From: Candidatus Magasanikbacteria bacterium RIFOXYD1_FULL_40_23
Lineage (GTDB): Bacteria > Patescibacteriota > Patescibacteriia > Magasanikbacterales > GWA2-37-8
NCBI GenBank assembly: GCA_001783215.1
Contig: MFRA01000005.1
Span: 29,845 to 93,844, forward strand
Reading direction: 5' to 3'
DNA: 64,000 nt
Both the position numbers and the translations under genes were made by a program. Below, in pieces: positions 9,326-18,907 of this stretch. Below the pieces are notes generated by a model that worked only from the letters and a program-made list of their open reading frames with translations, ran no database searches and was not told the origin of the DNA. How positions within the stretch are numbered: position 1 is the stretch's first letter; every line of letters starts with the position of its first letter.

Positions 9326-9499
9326 AGGTTTTTCTTGTTCTCTTGCCTTTGCGTTCGTTGGAAACTGTTAGTTTCTTTCTGCCTTTTGCACGTCTGCGGC
9401 TAAGAACTGCGCGTCCTCCCTTGGTTTTCATACGAGCACGGAAACCGTGGGATTTTGCTCTCTTGCGTTTTTTAGGTTGATAAGTTCGCTTTGTTGCCA
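9323..9499 (-). CDS. rpmH: 50S ribosomal protein L34 (below the 60-aa cutoff, so absent from the ORF track)
   Basis: Manual translation gives [59 protein letters not shown], with the L34 motif HGFRARM..GGR.VL..RR.KGR..L. Confidence 0.85.
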
Positions 9500-9697
9500 T
9501 ATATAAGACAGCTAATAATTACAAAACCAATTGTACATAATTACCCGTGTTTTGTCAAGGTAAGTGAGTTTTATCCCCAAAAACAATCTATCCACACCTT
9601 GTCCCCAGTCTTTCCCCCACCTGTTTTTGGCTAACTATTGGACACCTAGCTTTATTATGTTAAGATTAAAAAGTTAAATAATAAAGGTTCTAAAAAT

Positions 9698-11098
9698 ATG
9701 TCCAACCACGAAATATGGCAAGCTGTTTTGGCAGAATTGGAACTTACCATCTCTAAACCAAACTTTGTTACCTGGTTTAAGAATACAGATATCCTATCCT
9801 ACCAAGACAATTGCGCTGTATTGTGCGTACCCAATGACTTCAACCGTGCCTGGCTAGAGAAAAAATACCACCACATGATTGTAACTTCTCTAGAGAGAGT
9901 AACCGAAAAACCAATCAAACGACTAGAATACAAGATATATAATATAAAAAACATTGTTCCAGAAAGCGCTGTTGTAGAAACCAAAACAGAAAATGTTTCC
10001 CAAGAAACACCTGTGCTTTCTCCTGTTTTTACTTCTTCCGAAGTGTCTGCCCCTCCAAGAGTGGGTGAGTTTGGCTTAAATCCAAAATATGTTTTTGAAA
10101 CTTTCGTAGTTGGCGGTGGATCCGAACTTGCTTATGCAGCCGCTCAAGCCGTAGTAAACAAACCAGGCGAAGCCTACAACCCACTATTTATCTACGGTGG
10201 CGTAGGTTTAGGCAAAACCCACTTGGTACAAGCTATCGGCAACCATCTACTCAAAGCCAGACCAAATATAAATATCATGTATGCCAGCGCCGAAAAGTTC
10301 TCTAACGACTATATCTCTTCTGTTCGAGACGGCAATGCCAAAAACTTTCAAAACAGATACCGCAATATAGACGTACTTCTTATAGACGATATTCAATTTA
10401 TCTCTGGCAAAGACAAAACCCAAGAATCTTTCTTCCACACCTTCAACGAATTACACCAACAAAACAAACAAGTAGTAATGACTTCTGACCGACCACCAAA
10501 AGCTATTCCTGCCCTAGAAGACCGCCTAAAATCCCGTTTTGAATGGGGTATGATTGTAGATGTGGCTCCACCAGAACTAGAAACTAGAATAGCTATTCTG
10601 CAGAAAAAAAGCGTAGAAAAGAACTTTCATCTTAACCAAGACATTTTGCAATTGGTGGCCACCACTATCCACCGCAACATCCGCGAACTAGAGGGCGCAC
10701 TAAACAAAATTATCGCGGTTCACCAGCTAAAAAACATGGAACCTACTATGGAATCGGTAAAGGCACTACTAGCCAACACCGAAATGCGTTCGGCATACAA
10801 ATCTATTACCCCTCAACAGATTATAGACGCGGCCAGTGAATTCTTTACAATCAATACTTCCGATCTACTTGGCCAAAGCCGAGAAAAGAAATTCTCTCAC
10901 CCTCGCCAAATTATCATGCACCTAATGCGCAAAGAACTTAACATGTCTTATCCGGCTATTGGCAACGAGCTTGGCGGAAGAGATCATACAACCGCTATGC
11001 ATGCCGACAACAAAATAAGCACAGAGATAGAACAAGACCTAAAACTAAAACAAGAAGTAGAGCTAATAAAACAAAAGCTTTATATAAACATTACCTAG
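9698..11098 (+). CDS. dnaA: chromosomal replication initiator DnaA
   Basis: 466 aa. AAA+ Walker A GGVGLGKTHL, DnaA domain IV, and the MSNHEIWQAVLAELELTIS N-terminus. Confidence 0.93.
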   Translation: MSNHEIWQAVLAELELTISKPNFVTWFKNTDILSYQDNCAVLCVPNDFNRAWLEKKYHHMIVTSLERVTEKPIKRLEYKIYNIKNIVPESAVVETKTENVSQETPVLSPVFTSSEVSAPPRVGEFGLNPKYVFETFVVGGGSELAYAAAQAVVNKPGEAYNPLFIYGGVGLGKTHLVQAIGNHLLKARPNINIMYASAEKFSNDYISSVRDGNAKNFQNRYRNIDVLLIDDIQFISGKDKTQESFFHTFNELHQQNKQVVMTSDRPPKAIPALEDRLKSRFEWGMIVDVAPPELETRIAILQKKSVEKNFHLNQDILQLVATTIHRNIRELEGALNKIIAVHQLKNMEPTMESVKALLANTEMRSAYKSITPQQIIDAASEFFTINTSDLLGQSREKKFSHPRQIIMHLMRKELNMSYPAIGNELGGRDHTTAMHADNKISTEIEQDLKLKQEVELIKQKLYINIT

Positions 11099-11218
11099 TT
11101 GTCATTCCGACCGAGCCTTTAGGCGAGTGGAGGAATCCCTTAAACTTAGTATTTGCAACTACCAGGTATAAGGGATCCCTCGACGGAGTTTATGCCCCGA
11201 GGGGTGCTCAGGATGACA
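11099..11218. repeat. inverted pair of GTCATYC...GGATC repeat units (family R) immediately after the dnaA stop
   Basis: GTCATTCCGACCGAGCCTTTAGGCGAGTGGAGGAATCCCT ... AGGGATCCCTCGACGGAGTTTATGCCCCGAGGGGTGCTCAGGATGACA. Confidence 0.6.
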
Positions 11219-11225
11219 AATCCAC

Positions 11226-11517
11226 AGTTAATAATCAGTGGATAACCGATGTATAACTACCAAATATTTGCACCACTTATACACACTACTTACAACTTAT
11301 TCACAACCAATTACAAAATAATATTTTATCCCCACACCTTATTAGTCAAACACCAACAACTTACCCACAACACAAAAATCTAAAAACCCGTTTGGATAAA
11401 CAAGAATTCTGACTTATACACTTTATCCACTGCTATATAGTAACGATTGGAATTTATATATAAATATATAACGATATAATAATAGACAACTAAAAGTTTA
11501 CCCACTAGTTAAATTTT
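11226..11517. other. candidate oriC: DnaA-box cluster plus AT-rich unwinding region between dnaA and dnaN
   Basis: TTATCCCCA, GTTTATCCA (rc), TTATACACA x2, TTATCCACT and TTACCCACA x2, followed by ATTTATATATAAATATATAACGATATAATAATA. Confidence 0.6.
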
Positions 11518-12639
11518 ATGAAATTTTTCTGCACAAAGGAGAACCTATCAAAATCGTTGGCTCTAGTAATTGGAGTCGCTGGCAAAAACATTAACCTGCC
11601 AATCTTGGGTAATGTTTTAATTAAGGCTAGCGAACAAAAGGTAGAGTTTATGGCCACCAACCTAGAATTGGCTATAACTTCCAACCTTCGTGCCAAAGTA
11701 GAGGTACCAGGTACATTTACCGTGCCTGCCCGAACTCTAAACGATTTTGTAAACCTATTGTCGGAAGAAAAAGTAGAGTTGTCTTTAAAAGACAACGAGT
11801 TAGAAGTTGTATGTGGAAGGTCTTCTACACGCATAAAAGGCGCCCCAGCCGACGAGTTTCCTGTTGTGCCGGTAGTAGGTGAAGGTAAAGGTTATGTAGT
11901 AGATATAGAAGCATTCAAAAGTGGTTTGGGGCAAGTGTTCCAGGCTGCATCCAAAAACGAAATAAGGCCGGAATTAGCGGGTGTGCTGTTTAATTTCAAC
12001 GAAGATCAAGGAAGCCTAACAATGGCCGCCACAGACAGCTATAGACTGGCAGAGAAGAAGATAAAACTAATCCAAGGCGAAGAAAAATCCAGAGTGATTA
12101 TGCCAGCTCGCACAGCTCAGGAGATAAGTCATATTTTGATTTTGTCCAAAGGGTTAGAGAATGAAAGGAATGTACGACTGTTAGTTACAGAGAATCAAGT
12201 AATCTTGCGTTGTAACGACGTAGAGTTGGTATCTCGTCTGGTAGATGGCCAGTATCCAGATTACACTCAAATTATTCCAAAAGAGTTCAAAACTTCAGCC
12301 GAATTTTCTACCAATCAAATTACCAAAGAAATAAAAGCAGCTAGTTTGTTTACCACTATCGGTATAAACGCTGTAAGTTTTGATTTTGATCCAACCAGTG
12401 GTGTAGTTACGGTTTCTTCTGTGTCTACCCAAACCGGCGAACACAAATCCGAACTACAAGCAGAAATAAAAGGAGAGAAAAATAATACCCTTCTTAACCA
12501 CCGTTATGTGCTAGACGGCTTGGCTAATATAGATACAGAAAATGCAGTGCTCAAAGTAATTAATGCCGATAGCCCATGTGTACTTGCGCCAAAAGGCGAT
12601 CAAAGCTTTGTTTATATTGTGATGCCGATACGACAGTAA
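11518..12639 (+). CDS. dnaN: DNA polymerase III beta sliding clamp
   Basis: 373 aa, three-domain clamp. N-terminus MKFFCTKENLSKSLALVIGVAGKNINLPILGNVLI. Confidence 0.9.
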   Translation: MKFFCTKENLSKSLALVIGVAGKNINLPILGNVLIKASEQKVEFMATNLELAITSNLRAKVEVPGTFTVPARTLNDFVNLLSEEKVELSLKDNELEVVCGRSSTRIKGAPADEFPVVPVVGEGKGYVVDIEAFKSGLGQVFQAASKNEIRPELAGVLFNFNEDQGSLTMAATDSYRLAEKKIKLIQGEEKSRVIMPARTAQEISHILILSKGLENERNVRLLVTENQVILRCNDVELVSRLVDGQYPDYTQIIPKEFKTSAEFSTNQITKEIKAASLFTTIGINAVSFDFDPTSGVVTVSSVSTQTGEHKSELQAEIKGEKNNTLLNHRYVLDGLANIDTENAVLKVINADSPCVLAPKGDQSFVYIVMPIRQ

Positions 12640-12650
12640 AATATATAATA

Positions 12651-12684
12651 AAAAACCGCGGTAATAAGCTGCGGTTTTTTATTA
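12651..12684 (+). terminator. rho-independent terminator after dnaN
   Basis: AAAACCGCGGTAATAAGCTGCGGTTTTTTATT. Confidence 0.7.
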
Positions 12685-12745
12685 TATAGATTGACGAAAT
12701 AGGGTGGGTATGTTTAAATTATTTTTGTAAAGCATGGAGGTTGAA

Positions 12746-13369
12746 ATGGGTGAGCCACTCTCGTTGCTTGTTGTTGATGTGTCAGAAGATTGGGAAGAGG
12801 TGCTAAAAGCACAGGAACGAGGCTATGAGATAGACTTTGATAATAAGTGGCCGGGAAGCTACTTGCGAAATAGCCTTGATCCAAACAGGCTAATGAAACT
12901 TCATTATCCGCATGGATCTGTTCGTGCCGGATTCAATGCAGTTATTGATACTACGCGCATTGCGCACCAACTTTCCATTCCAATTTACGCAGCCGAATAC
13001 TATGATGGGTGGACGGATGGTGAGGAGCAAACTTGCTTTTCTTTACAGTGGTATATACCAAAAGTAAACCGCTACGAAAAAGGCCAGCTCAGTGCTTTTC
13101 GATCTAGTTTGGCAGAAAGGCTAAAGACGGAGAATTGCCAACATCTCATGGTTATTGGTTATGACAGGGATGATTGTGTGATGGCAACGATTCGCGATGC
13201 TGTTGAGCGAGGTATTACGGTAGTTACCTCAGAGCATTGTATGCTTACTACAAACCGCGACAATCGGCGCGATGCTTCGTTGGCTTATTTCAAGGAAAAC
13301 ACAGTGTTTTTGGAAACACTGGTTGATGTGTGGAATTATATTTCCAACTCTGTAATTAGAGGGAGGTAG
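12746..13369 (+). CDS. isochorismatase-family (cysteine hydrolase)-like protein; SD-led, moderately GC-rich
   Basis: GGAGGTTGAA ATG. LLVVDVSED (Asp) and GYDRDDCVMATIRDAVERGITVV (catalytic Cys region) fit the isochorismatase-like fold. Confidence 0.45.
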   Translation: MGEPLSLLVVDVSEDWEEVLKAQERGYEIDFDNKWPGSYLRNSLDPNRLMKLHYPHGSVRAGFNAVIDTTRIAHQLSIPIYAAEYYDGWTDGEEQTCFSLQWYIPKVNRYEKGQLSAFRSSLAERLKTENCQHLMVIGYDRDDCVMATIRDAVERGITVVTSEHCMLTTNRDNRRDASLAYFKENTVFLETLVDVWNYISNSVIRGR

Positions 13370-13372
13370 AGA

Positions 13373-13636
13373 ATGAAAAGATACGAGATTGATGATACGG
13401 ATTATAACAAGCTGGTTCGGCATTATGGTCGTGAAAATAAAATTCTTACCACGGTCGGCCCCCTTAGACGTATAAGTAGGGGTAGTGAAAATGTTTGGCG
13501 GAGAGTTGTTAGTGAGAAAATATGGTTTGTAATACAGAGTATGCTTCGAGTGTTGAACAAGCTTCCACGATCGGAGCAGAACAAACTCGCTTCTTCTAAG
13601 CCGAAAAAAGCAAAACAGAAGAAACGTCGGTGTTAA
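13373..13636 (+). CDS. hypothetical protein with a basic C-terminus (KPKKAKQKKRRC); translationally coupled to the upstream gene
   Basis: GGGAGGTAGAGA ATG. Its start overlaps the upstream stop. Confidence 0.4.
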   Translation: MKRYEIDDTDYNKLVRHYGRENKILTTVGPLRRISRGSENVWRRVVSEKIWFVIQSMLRVLNKLPRSEQNKLASSKPKKAKQKKRRC

Positions 13637-13663
13637 TCTGTGTGTTGTGTAAGGGGGAAGGTT

Positions 13664-13692
13664 GGGCAGCCGTTTATGGCTGTCTTTTTTTA
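13664..13692. terminator. hairpin plus T-run between the convergent genes (bidirectional)
   Basis: CAGCCGTTTATGGCTG TCTTTTTTTATT. Confidence 0.5.
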
Positions 13693-16539
13693 TTCCACCA
13701 CCACATTCAAAATCTTCTCCGTAGTCTTCCCCGCATTATCCGTCAGCACGGCCTTTAAAGAATGTTCGCCTACACCTGGAGAATTTTTCCAGGTAAATGT
13801 TAGGGCGCCATTTGCAAGTGTATCTTCTCGATGATTAAAGTTATAAATCAACTTCGGTGCTTTGTCGCCAACAGTTAAATATATATCTATCTTTTTCATA
13901 TCATCCCAGCGGAAAGGTGTCAGGCTAATCACGCGCGGGAAATCGCTGGCGGTGAGCGTCACCGATTCGCCATCAAACCACTCAAAATCTGGCGCATCAT
14001 ATTCTGCTTGCATTGCAAAGGTAATATTTTTTTGAGAACTGTTGCCAGCATCGTCTACTGCCACCACAGAAAGCATGTGTGGGCCTTTGAGAAGCGTTTT
14101 GGCGTAGTAGGAGAGATTAAATGGTACTTCTGTCGACTCGCCAATTGAATGGCCGTCTATTTGGTATTTTACTTTGGTTACTCCGCGCGGAGCCACAGCA
14201 GTAACTTGTATTTCCATTTGTCTGGAAGTAAGAATGGCGCCCTCTACTGGCGAAACAAATTCTATAGTAGGAGAAAGCTCCGAAGAGTGTGTGCCTTCGT
14301 ATTCGGTTGGCGGTTCAGCAAAAGAAGAGCCTAGTTGTTTATCCATCCAAACTTTCAAGGCCTTTTCCCAATTTTCGTATTGAGGATCATCGGCAGGATA
14401 TGCCGGCACTGGCCCACGAGGATCGGATCTATCTACGTAATGAAGAATATCGTGTGGAGGTAGATATGTACGCTGGACAATCAAACTTTCTGGAGTAGAA
14501 GAGTTGGCGATTTTGCCAGTCTCGGAATTTATATTTAGCACAATGCCGTCGTTGCCACCACGAAGAACTGGTTTGGTAGCATCGTTTGGTGGCGGAGTTG
14601 GGAAGTTTTCTACAGGCGTTCCCTTTAGCGCTTCTCTCATAAACTTGTTCCAGATTGTACCAGCCAAGGCATTACCACCAGCTTTCATAGGTGTGGGGAT
14701 TGTATTTCCAACCCAAACACCGGTAGCTAGAGATGGTGTATAGCCCAGAGTCCAAGCATCTTTGTTATCGTTGGTAGTACCGGTTTTTGCTGCTACTGGT
14801 CGGCCAGGCAAAGTTAAGTTTCCATTTGCACCAAAGATCCAAGAACGGGCTACGTCATCGGATAAAACGTCGGCAGTAGTGGCTGCAATTTCTGGTGTGA
14901 TTGCTTCTGTACCTTCGTTTTCTTCCCATTCATACAAAGTCTCGCCGGCATTGCTAGTTACTCTCAAAATACTAACTGGTTGGTGGTATATGCCGTTGTT
15001 TGCCAGAGTGGCATAGCCATTGGTGTGTTCTAACAGGTTTACTTCTCCGCCACCGAGCACCAAACTCAAGCCATAATCACCAGTAAAAGTGCTGTAGCCA
15101 AATCGTTTAGCAAAATCTATTGTGTCTTTTGTGCCAACCAGATAAAGAGCTTTAACTGCTGGAATATTTAGTGAGCCTTGCAAAGATTTGCGAATAGTAA
15201 CCAGTCCGTGTTCTTTACCATCATAATTTTTTGGAGTGTAATCTTCACCGGCGCGCGCATCAAAGTTGGTAATCACGTCGTAGATTACTGTATCTGGCGT
15301 ATATCCTTTTTCAAAAGCAAAAGTATAAACAAATGGTTTAAAAGAAGAACCAGGTTGGCGTTTGCCAAGAGTGGCTACATCAAATTGGCCGTTTATTTCA
15401 TCGTTGTTATAATCACGCGAACCAACCATTGCCAGTATCTGCGCAGTCTTTGGATCTAGTGCTACCAGCGCAGCGTTGTTGGCGTTGGCATCTTTTAGAT
15501 TTTTGTCACCAATTTCTTTTACAATCTTTTCGGCGATTTGTTGTTTTTCAAAATCAAGCGAAGTAATTATTTTGAGTCCGCCTTCGTCTATTGCTCTTTC
15601 GCCAAACTGGTCGGCCAACAATTGTTTTACATAAAGTACAAAGTGTGGGGCTTCCATTGGGCCAGCACTTTTGAATAATCGCAAAGCTACGCCTTGGGCT
15701 TCATTCTTTTGTTCTTCGGTTATCATGCCTTGGTCATACATTAGAGCTAACACAACATCGCGTCTATCTCGTAGAGCATCCAAATCTTTTAAGTATCGGC
15801 TTGGAGCTTTTGGAATCGCAGCTAGTGTTGCAGCTTCGGCAAGAGTTATTTCTTTGGCGGTTTTTTTAAAGTATGCCTGGCTGGCTGCTTCTATACCATA
15901 GTTGGTAGAGCCGTATGGGATTTCATTTAAATATAATTTTAAGATTTGTTCTTTGGTATATTTTTTCTCCAAACGAATAGCGAGAATGGCCTCTTTGATT
16001 TTTCTAAAATAACCGGCAAAACCAGTTCGCGCATCTCCAACAATAGTATTTTTAATTAACTGTTGGGTAAGTGTAGAACCTCCGCCCGAACCGGCTCTGC
16101 GGCCAATAAGACTATAAAATCTGGCGCGGAGAATGCTTTGGATTCGGATACCGCTATGTTCATAGAAATTTTTGTCTTCCACGGCCACAGTAGCTTTTTT
16201 GGCATAGTCAGAGATCTGATCCATTTCTACCAGAGTTCGTTTTTGGTTTTGGTAAACTTCATAAAGCAGATGTTCGCCTGTGCGGTCGTAGATTTTGGTG
16301 CTCTGGGATACTTGGCGTTCGTTTAGCTTGTTTGGGTCTGGTAGGTCTCGACTTATCCAGGCCACAGCAATAGTGCCCAAAATAAAACAAGCGCTAAAGC
16401 CAATAGCGATAGTTGTTAGTATGATTTTGAAGAATTTCTTCTTTTTTTCTTTGGGCGACAACGGTTCGTAGTCTGGCAGGTGTCCGTAGTGCCTTCTTTG
16501 GTTTAGTTGGGGGATTGGCATATTTGTTTCATGATACAT
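13690..16539 (-). CDS. mrcA: bifunctional class A penicillin-binding protein (glycosyltransferase GT51 plus transpeptidase) with a long C-terminal Ig-like extension
   Basis: GT51 motif GSTLTQQLIKN. Transpeptidase SSFKPF (SxxK), SLN and KTGTT. N-terminal TM. 949 aa. Confidence 0.88.
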   Translation of the reverse strand: MYHETNMPIPQLNQRRHYGHLPDYEPLSPKEKKKKFFKIILTTIAIGFSACFILGTIAVAWISRDLPDPNKLNERQVSQSTKIYDRTGEHLLYEVYQNQKRTLVEMDQISDYAKKATVAVEDKNFYEHSGIRIQSILRARFYSLIGRRAGSGGGSTLTQQLIKNTIVGDARTGFAGYFRKIKEAILAIRLEKKYTKEQILKLYLNEIPYGSTNYGIEAASQAYFKKTAKEITLAEAATLAAIPKAPSRYLKDLDALRDRRDVVLALMYDQGMITEEQKNEAQGVALRLFKSAGPMEAPHFVLYVKQLLADQFGERAIDEGGLKIITSLDFEKQQIAEKIVKEIGDKNLKDANANNAALVALDPKTAQILAMVGSRDYNNDEINGQFDVATLGKRQPGSSFKPFVYTFAFEKGYTPDTVIYDVITNFDARAGEDYTPKNYDGKEHGLVTIRKSLQGSLNIPAVKALYLVGTKDTIDFAKRFGYSTFTGDYGLSLVLGGGEVNLLEHTNGYATLANNGIYHQPVSILRVTSNAGETLYEWEENEGTEAITPEIAATTADVLSDDVARSWIFGANGNLTLPGRPVAAKTGTTNDNKDAWTLGYTPSLATGVWVGNTIPTPMKAGGNALAGTIWNKFMREALKGTPVENFPTPPPNDATKPVLRGGNDGIVLNINSETGKIANSSTPESLIVQRTYLPPHDILHYVDRSDPRGPVPAYPADDPQYENWEKALKVWMDKQLGSSFAEPPTEYEGTHSSELSPTIEFVSPVEGAILTSRQMEIQVTAVAPRGVTKVKYQIDGHSIGESTEVPFNLSYYAKTLLKGPHMLSVVAVDDAGNSSQKNITFAMQAEYDAPDFEWFDGESVTLTASDFPRVISLTPFRWDDMKKIDIYLTVGDKAPKLIYNFNHREDTLANGALTFTWKNSPGVGEHSLKAVLTDNAGKTTEKILNVVVE

Positions 16540-16653
16540 GATTCACACAGCATTATTCACTTGCATCATGTTGTGTGCATTATGAATTCATGTTTGTTAG
16601 GGATATTTTATACCAATGAGCGAAAATTTACCAGTCTGTTAGGTTGGGTTGGA

Positions 16654-16686
16654 AGGGTTGACAAAAAGGGCGATTTGTGATATATT
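16654..16686 (+). promoter_or_regulatory. sigma70-like promoter for the 3D-domain gene (GGGTTGACA / 17 nt / TATATT)
   Basis: TTGACA at 16658-16663, TATATT at 16681-16686. Confidence 0.5.
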
Positions 16687-16742
16687 TAGACGTTAATTCA
16701 TGAGGGTATCCTGTAAGGGATACTTTTAAATTAATTAAGAAT

Positions 16743-17294
16743 ATGAGCTTAAATAAGCCAAATTTGACCACAAAAGCCTTGAAAGTTGCAGTAAACTTGC
16801 CAATATTTATGGCTTTACTTAGCAATTTAGCCTTGCCATCTATCGTAAAAGCTGATATTGAGCAAGAAATGGCTAACTCTACACAAAAAATGGCCTTTAC
16901 CGGGATAAAAGCCCCAGAAGTGGCTAAGATGCCAAAAAAATTGGCTTCTGCTGCTGGTGGGTTAGCTCCGGATAAGGTATTGGATGCTGTAATTACAGCC
17001 TATACCAGTACCCCTGGCCAAACCGATGATACTCCGTTTATCGCTGCTAGCGGTAAAAGAGTGCACGACGGCATGATTGCGGCCAACGGTTTACCATTTG
17101 GTACTCAAATCGTAATTCCTGAGCTTTATGGTGATAAGGTCTTCGTAGTAGAAGATCGTATGAATCGCCGTTATGGCTTAGGCCGTATGGATATCTGGTT
17201 AGACACTACTCGCGCTGAAGCTATGAAATTTGGTGTAAAGCGTGTAGAAGTATTAATCTTCTATCCAAAAAAGGCTGTTGCCAAAGTTAAGTAA
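16743..17294 (+). CDS. 3D-domain (MltA/YuiC-like) cell-wall protein
   Basis: AYTSTPGQTDDTPFIAASGKRVHDGMIAANGLPFGTQIVIPELYGDKVFVVEDR carries the three conserved Asp of the 3D domain. N-terminal signal/TM. Confidence 0.7.
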   Translation: MSLNKPNLTTKALKVAVNLPIFMALLSNLALPSIVKADIEQEMANSTQKMAFTGIKAPEVAKMPKKLASAAGGLAPDKVLDAVITAYTSTPGQTDDTPFIAASGKRVHDGMIAANGLPFGTQIVIPELYGDKVFVVEDRMNRRYGLGRMDIWLDTTRAEAMKFGVKRVEVLIFYPKKAVAKVK

Positions 17295-17308
17295 GAATTT
17301 TAAAACAA

Positions 17309-17340
17309 AAAAGGCCCCAGAGATGGGCCTTTTTTGTTTT
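17309..17340 (+). terminator. rho-independent terminator
   Basis: AAGGCCCCAGAGATGGGCCTTTTTTGTTTT. Confidence 0.7.
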
Positions 17341-17360
17341 ATTTCTTTTCAATAATCTCT

Positions 17361-17775
17361 CCCCACTTCTTTAGTAGAAGTGGGCAAGAATCGCTCACGG
17401 TGGAAAGGTTCAGGAAATTTAGGACTCATTTTCTTTAATTTTCAAAACTCAACAGCTTTTTATTCGCAAAAAGCTGTCTCAAACATTGAAAATTTCCTGC
17501 GAAGGAACACTCAAACTCATCTCTAAATTTTAACTTCACCTTTCCAAAGTTCGCCTGGACAATCGACGGACAACGATTCGCTATCCGAGCACATGGTGAG
17601 TGATGCTACTGGCCACGGTGAGGGGGGGGCGGTGCCTTTTTTAAGGCACAGGTAGTCATAGGGTAGTTTGCTGATTGACTGCCTGAGTAAACCCGAACCG
17701 ATTGGCAGTAGCAGAGCGAGACATCAGCTCGGAAACTTTTCCCTCCAGCTTTTGGTTTCAAAAGGTGGAAAATGG
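17361..17775 (+). ncRNA. copy 1 of an unclassified ~430-nt structured repeat/ncRNA candidate (appears 3'-truncated relative to copy 2)
   Basis: About 80% identical to 61940-62355 over conserved blocks. The stem in the 5' hairpin differs between copies in a compensatory way (CCCACUUC/GAAGUGGG here versus CGCUUUC/GAAAGCG in copy 2) with an identical UUUAGUA loop. There is no ORF. Confidence 0.5.
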
Positions 17776-17776
17776 T

Positions 17777-18511
17777 TTATTTTTCTATAATCTCTAGTGA
17801 AAGAATTTTAACTGGACTTACTGGGCTAGACATTGCACCGTCTGCACCCATAGTAGTTGGAGCTGTGGCAATCTTGTCTACTACATCTAGTCCTTTGGTT
17901 ACTTTTCCAAAAATTACATAATCTTTTTGTAGAGGAACGTCGGCATGCATAATAAAGAACTGACTGCCGGCTGAATTTGGAGCAGCGGTTCGAGCCATAG
18001 CTAGAGTACCACGAGTATAATCTCCTTCAAAACTTTCATCTTTAATAGTATAACCAGGTCCACCACGGCCAGTTCCTTCTGGGTCGCCGCCTTGGATCAT
18101 AAATCCTTTAATTATTCTGTGGAAGATTACATTGTCGTAGAAATTTTTCTTGGCCAAGAAAACGAAATTGTTTACGGTGTTTGGAGTGGCGGCTGCATTT
18201 AGAGATATTTCCATTTCTCCGGCAGTTGTTTTCATTTTGGCGGTGTAGGTTTTGTTTTTGTCGATTATCATAATAGGTGTTTTATATTGCGATAAGTCTA
18301 GTGGCTTATCTGAATTAGATTTTGTAGCTTCTTTTGTTGTGGTAGCCAATTCTGCTGGCACTGGTGTTTCGCTGGTTACTTCTACCTGTGTTGACTCGCT
18401 ATATTTATCTGTTTTAGTTTCGGTAGTTGGTGTTGGGGTTGTCTTTGCGCAACCGGCGCCAGCTAGCATAACAACTGCTAGAAGTATCGCTAGAGATGAA
18501 ATTTTTTGCAT
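17777..18511 (-). CDS. ppiB: cyclophilin-type peptidyl-prolyl cis-trans isomerase, lipoprotein
   Basis: FHRIIKGFMIQGGDPEGTGRGGPGY. N-terminal lipobox LAGAGC. Confidence 0.85.
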   Translation of the reverse strand: MQKISSLAILLAVVMLAGAGCAKTTPTPTTETKTDKYSESTQVEVTSETPVPAELATTTKEATKSNSDKPLDLSQYKTPIMIIDKNKTYTAKMKTTAGEMEISLNAAATPNTVNNFVFLAKKNFYDNVIFHRIIKGFMIQGGDPEGTGRGGPGYTIKDESFEGDYTRGTLAMARTAAPNSAGSQFFIMHADVPLQKDYVIFGKVTKGLDVVDKIATAPTTMGADGAMSSPVSPVKILSLEIIEK

Positions 18512-18574
18512 ACAATTTTTATTAAATTTTTAAGTGCTAGAATTGTAGCAGAACTATAAATTTTGACAAGTTAT

Positions 18575-18898
18575 TTATTTTTTATCCATCTTATCCTGTA
18601 TCATTTTCCAATGATATATAGGTAAATCAGGCAGAGCTCTTGGATTAAAAACTTCATCAATAGAAAAAGTTCTTCCAAAATTTTTCATTGCCCAATCATT
18701 GTCTAGGAGTTCAGTTTTAAAATCCCAGCCTGGTCCGGCACCCATTTCTGGGGTGGAATGAGAATAAAACTGCCTTAGGGTGTAGCGTGATTTTTCGTAA
18801 TGATATGTTTTACCGTTTACAATTTTAATGTCGCCTTCTTTTGGGGCAATGTCGGTTTCCTTGGTAGAAGGGTTAAAACCACTTTCGTTTTCTGGCAT
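18575..18898 (-). CDS. hypothetical protein
   Basis: 107-aa ORF with no recognised motif. Confidence 0.35.
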   Translation of the reverse strand: MPENESGFNPSTKETDIAPKEGDIKIVNGKTYHYEKSRYTLRQFYSHSTPEMGAGPGWDFKTELLDNDWAMKNFGRTFSIDEVFNPRALPDLPIYHWKMIQDKMDKK

Positions 18899-18907
18899 AT
18901 ATTTATA

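Noticed and set aside
14149-16326. Eight short plus-strand ORFs inside the PBP1A gene
   Set aside because: They are antisense to a well-supported 949-aa gene with intact catalytic motifs.
16540-16600. ATGATTCACACA / ATTATTCAC / ATGAATTCATG mini-repeats upstream of PBP1A as another leader-element copy
   Set aside because: It resembles Box2 only loosely (ATTCACTTGC), is on the wrong strand for the gene, and lacks Box1 and the hairpin.
17361-17775. Identity of the two large repeats with RNase P RNA, tmRNA, SRP RNA or a cobalamin riboswitch
   Set aside because: Short resemblances exist (GGAGGGAAAAGUUUCCGAGCU versus the P4 region, CAGUAGCAGAGCGAGACA versus the CAGUGCAACAGAGAGCA block, and GGUUnCAAAAGGUGG versus GGUGAAAGGGUG). 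But no P4 pairing partner (ACAGAAnCCGGCUUA-like) is present, and there is no tRNA-like 3' end or SRP AGCAGC motif. They are left unclassified.
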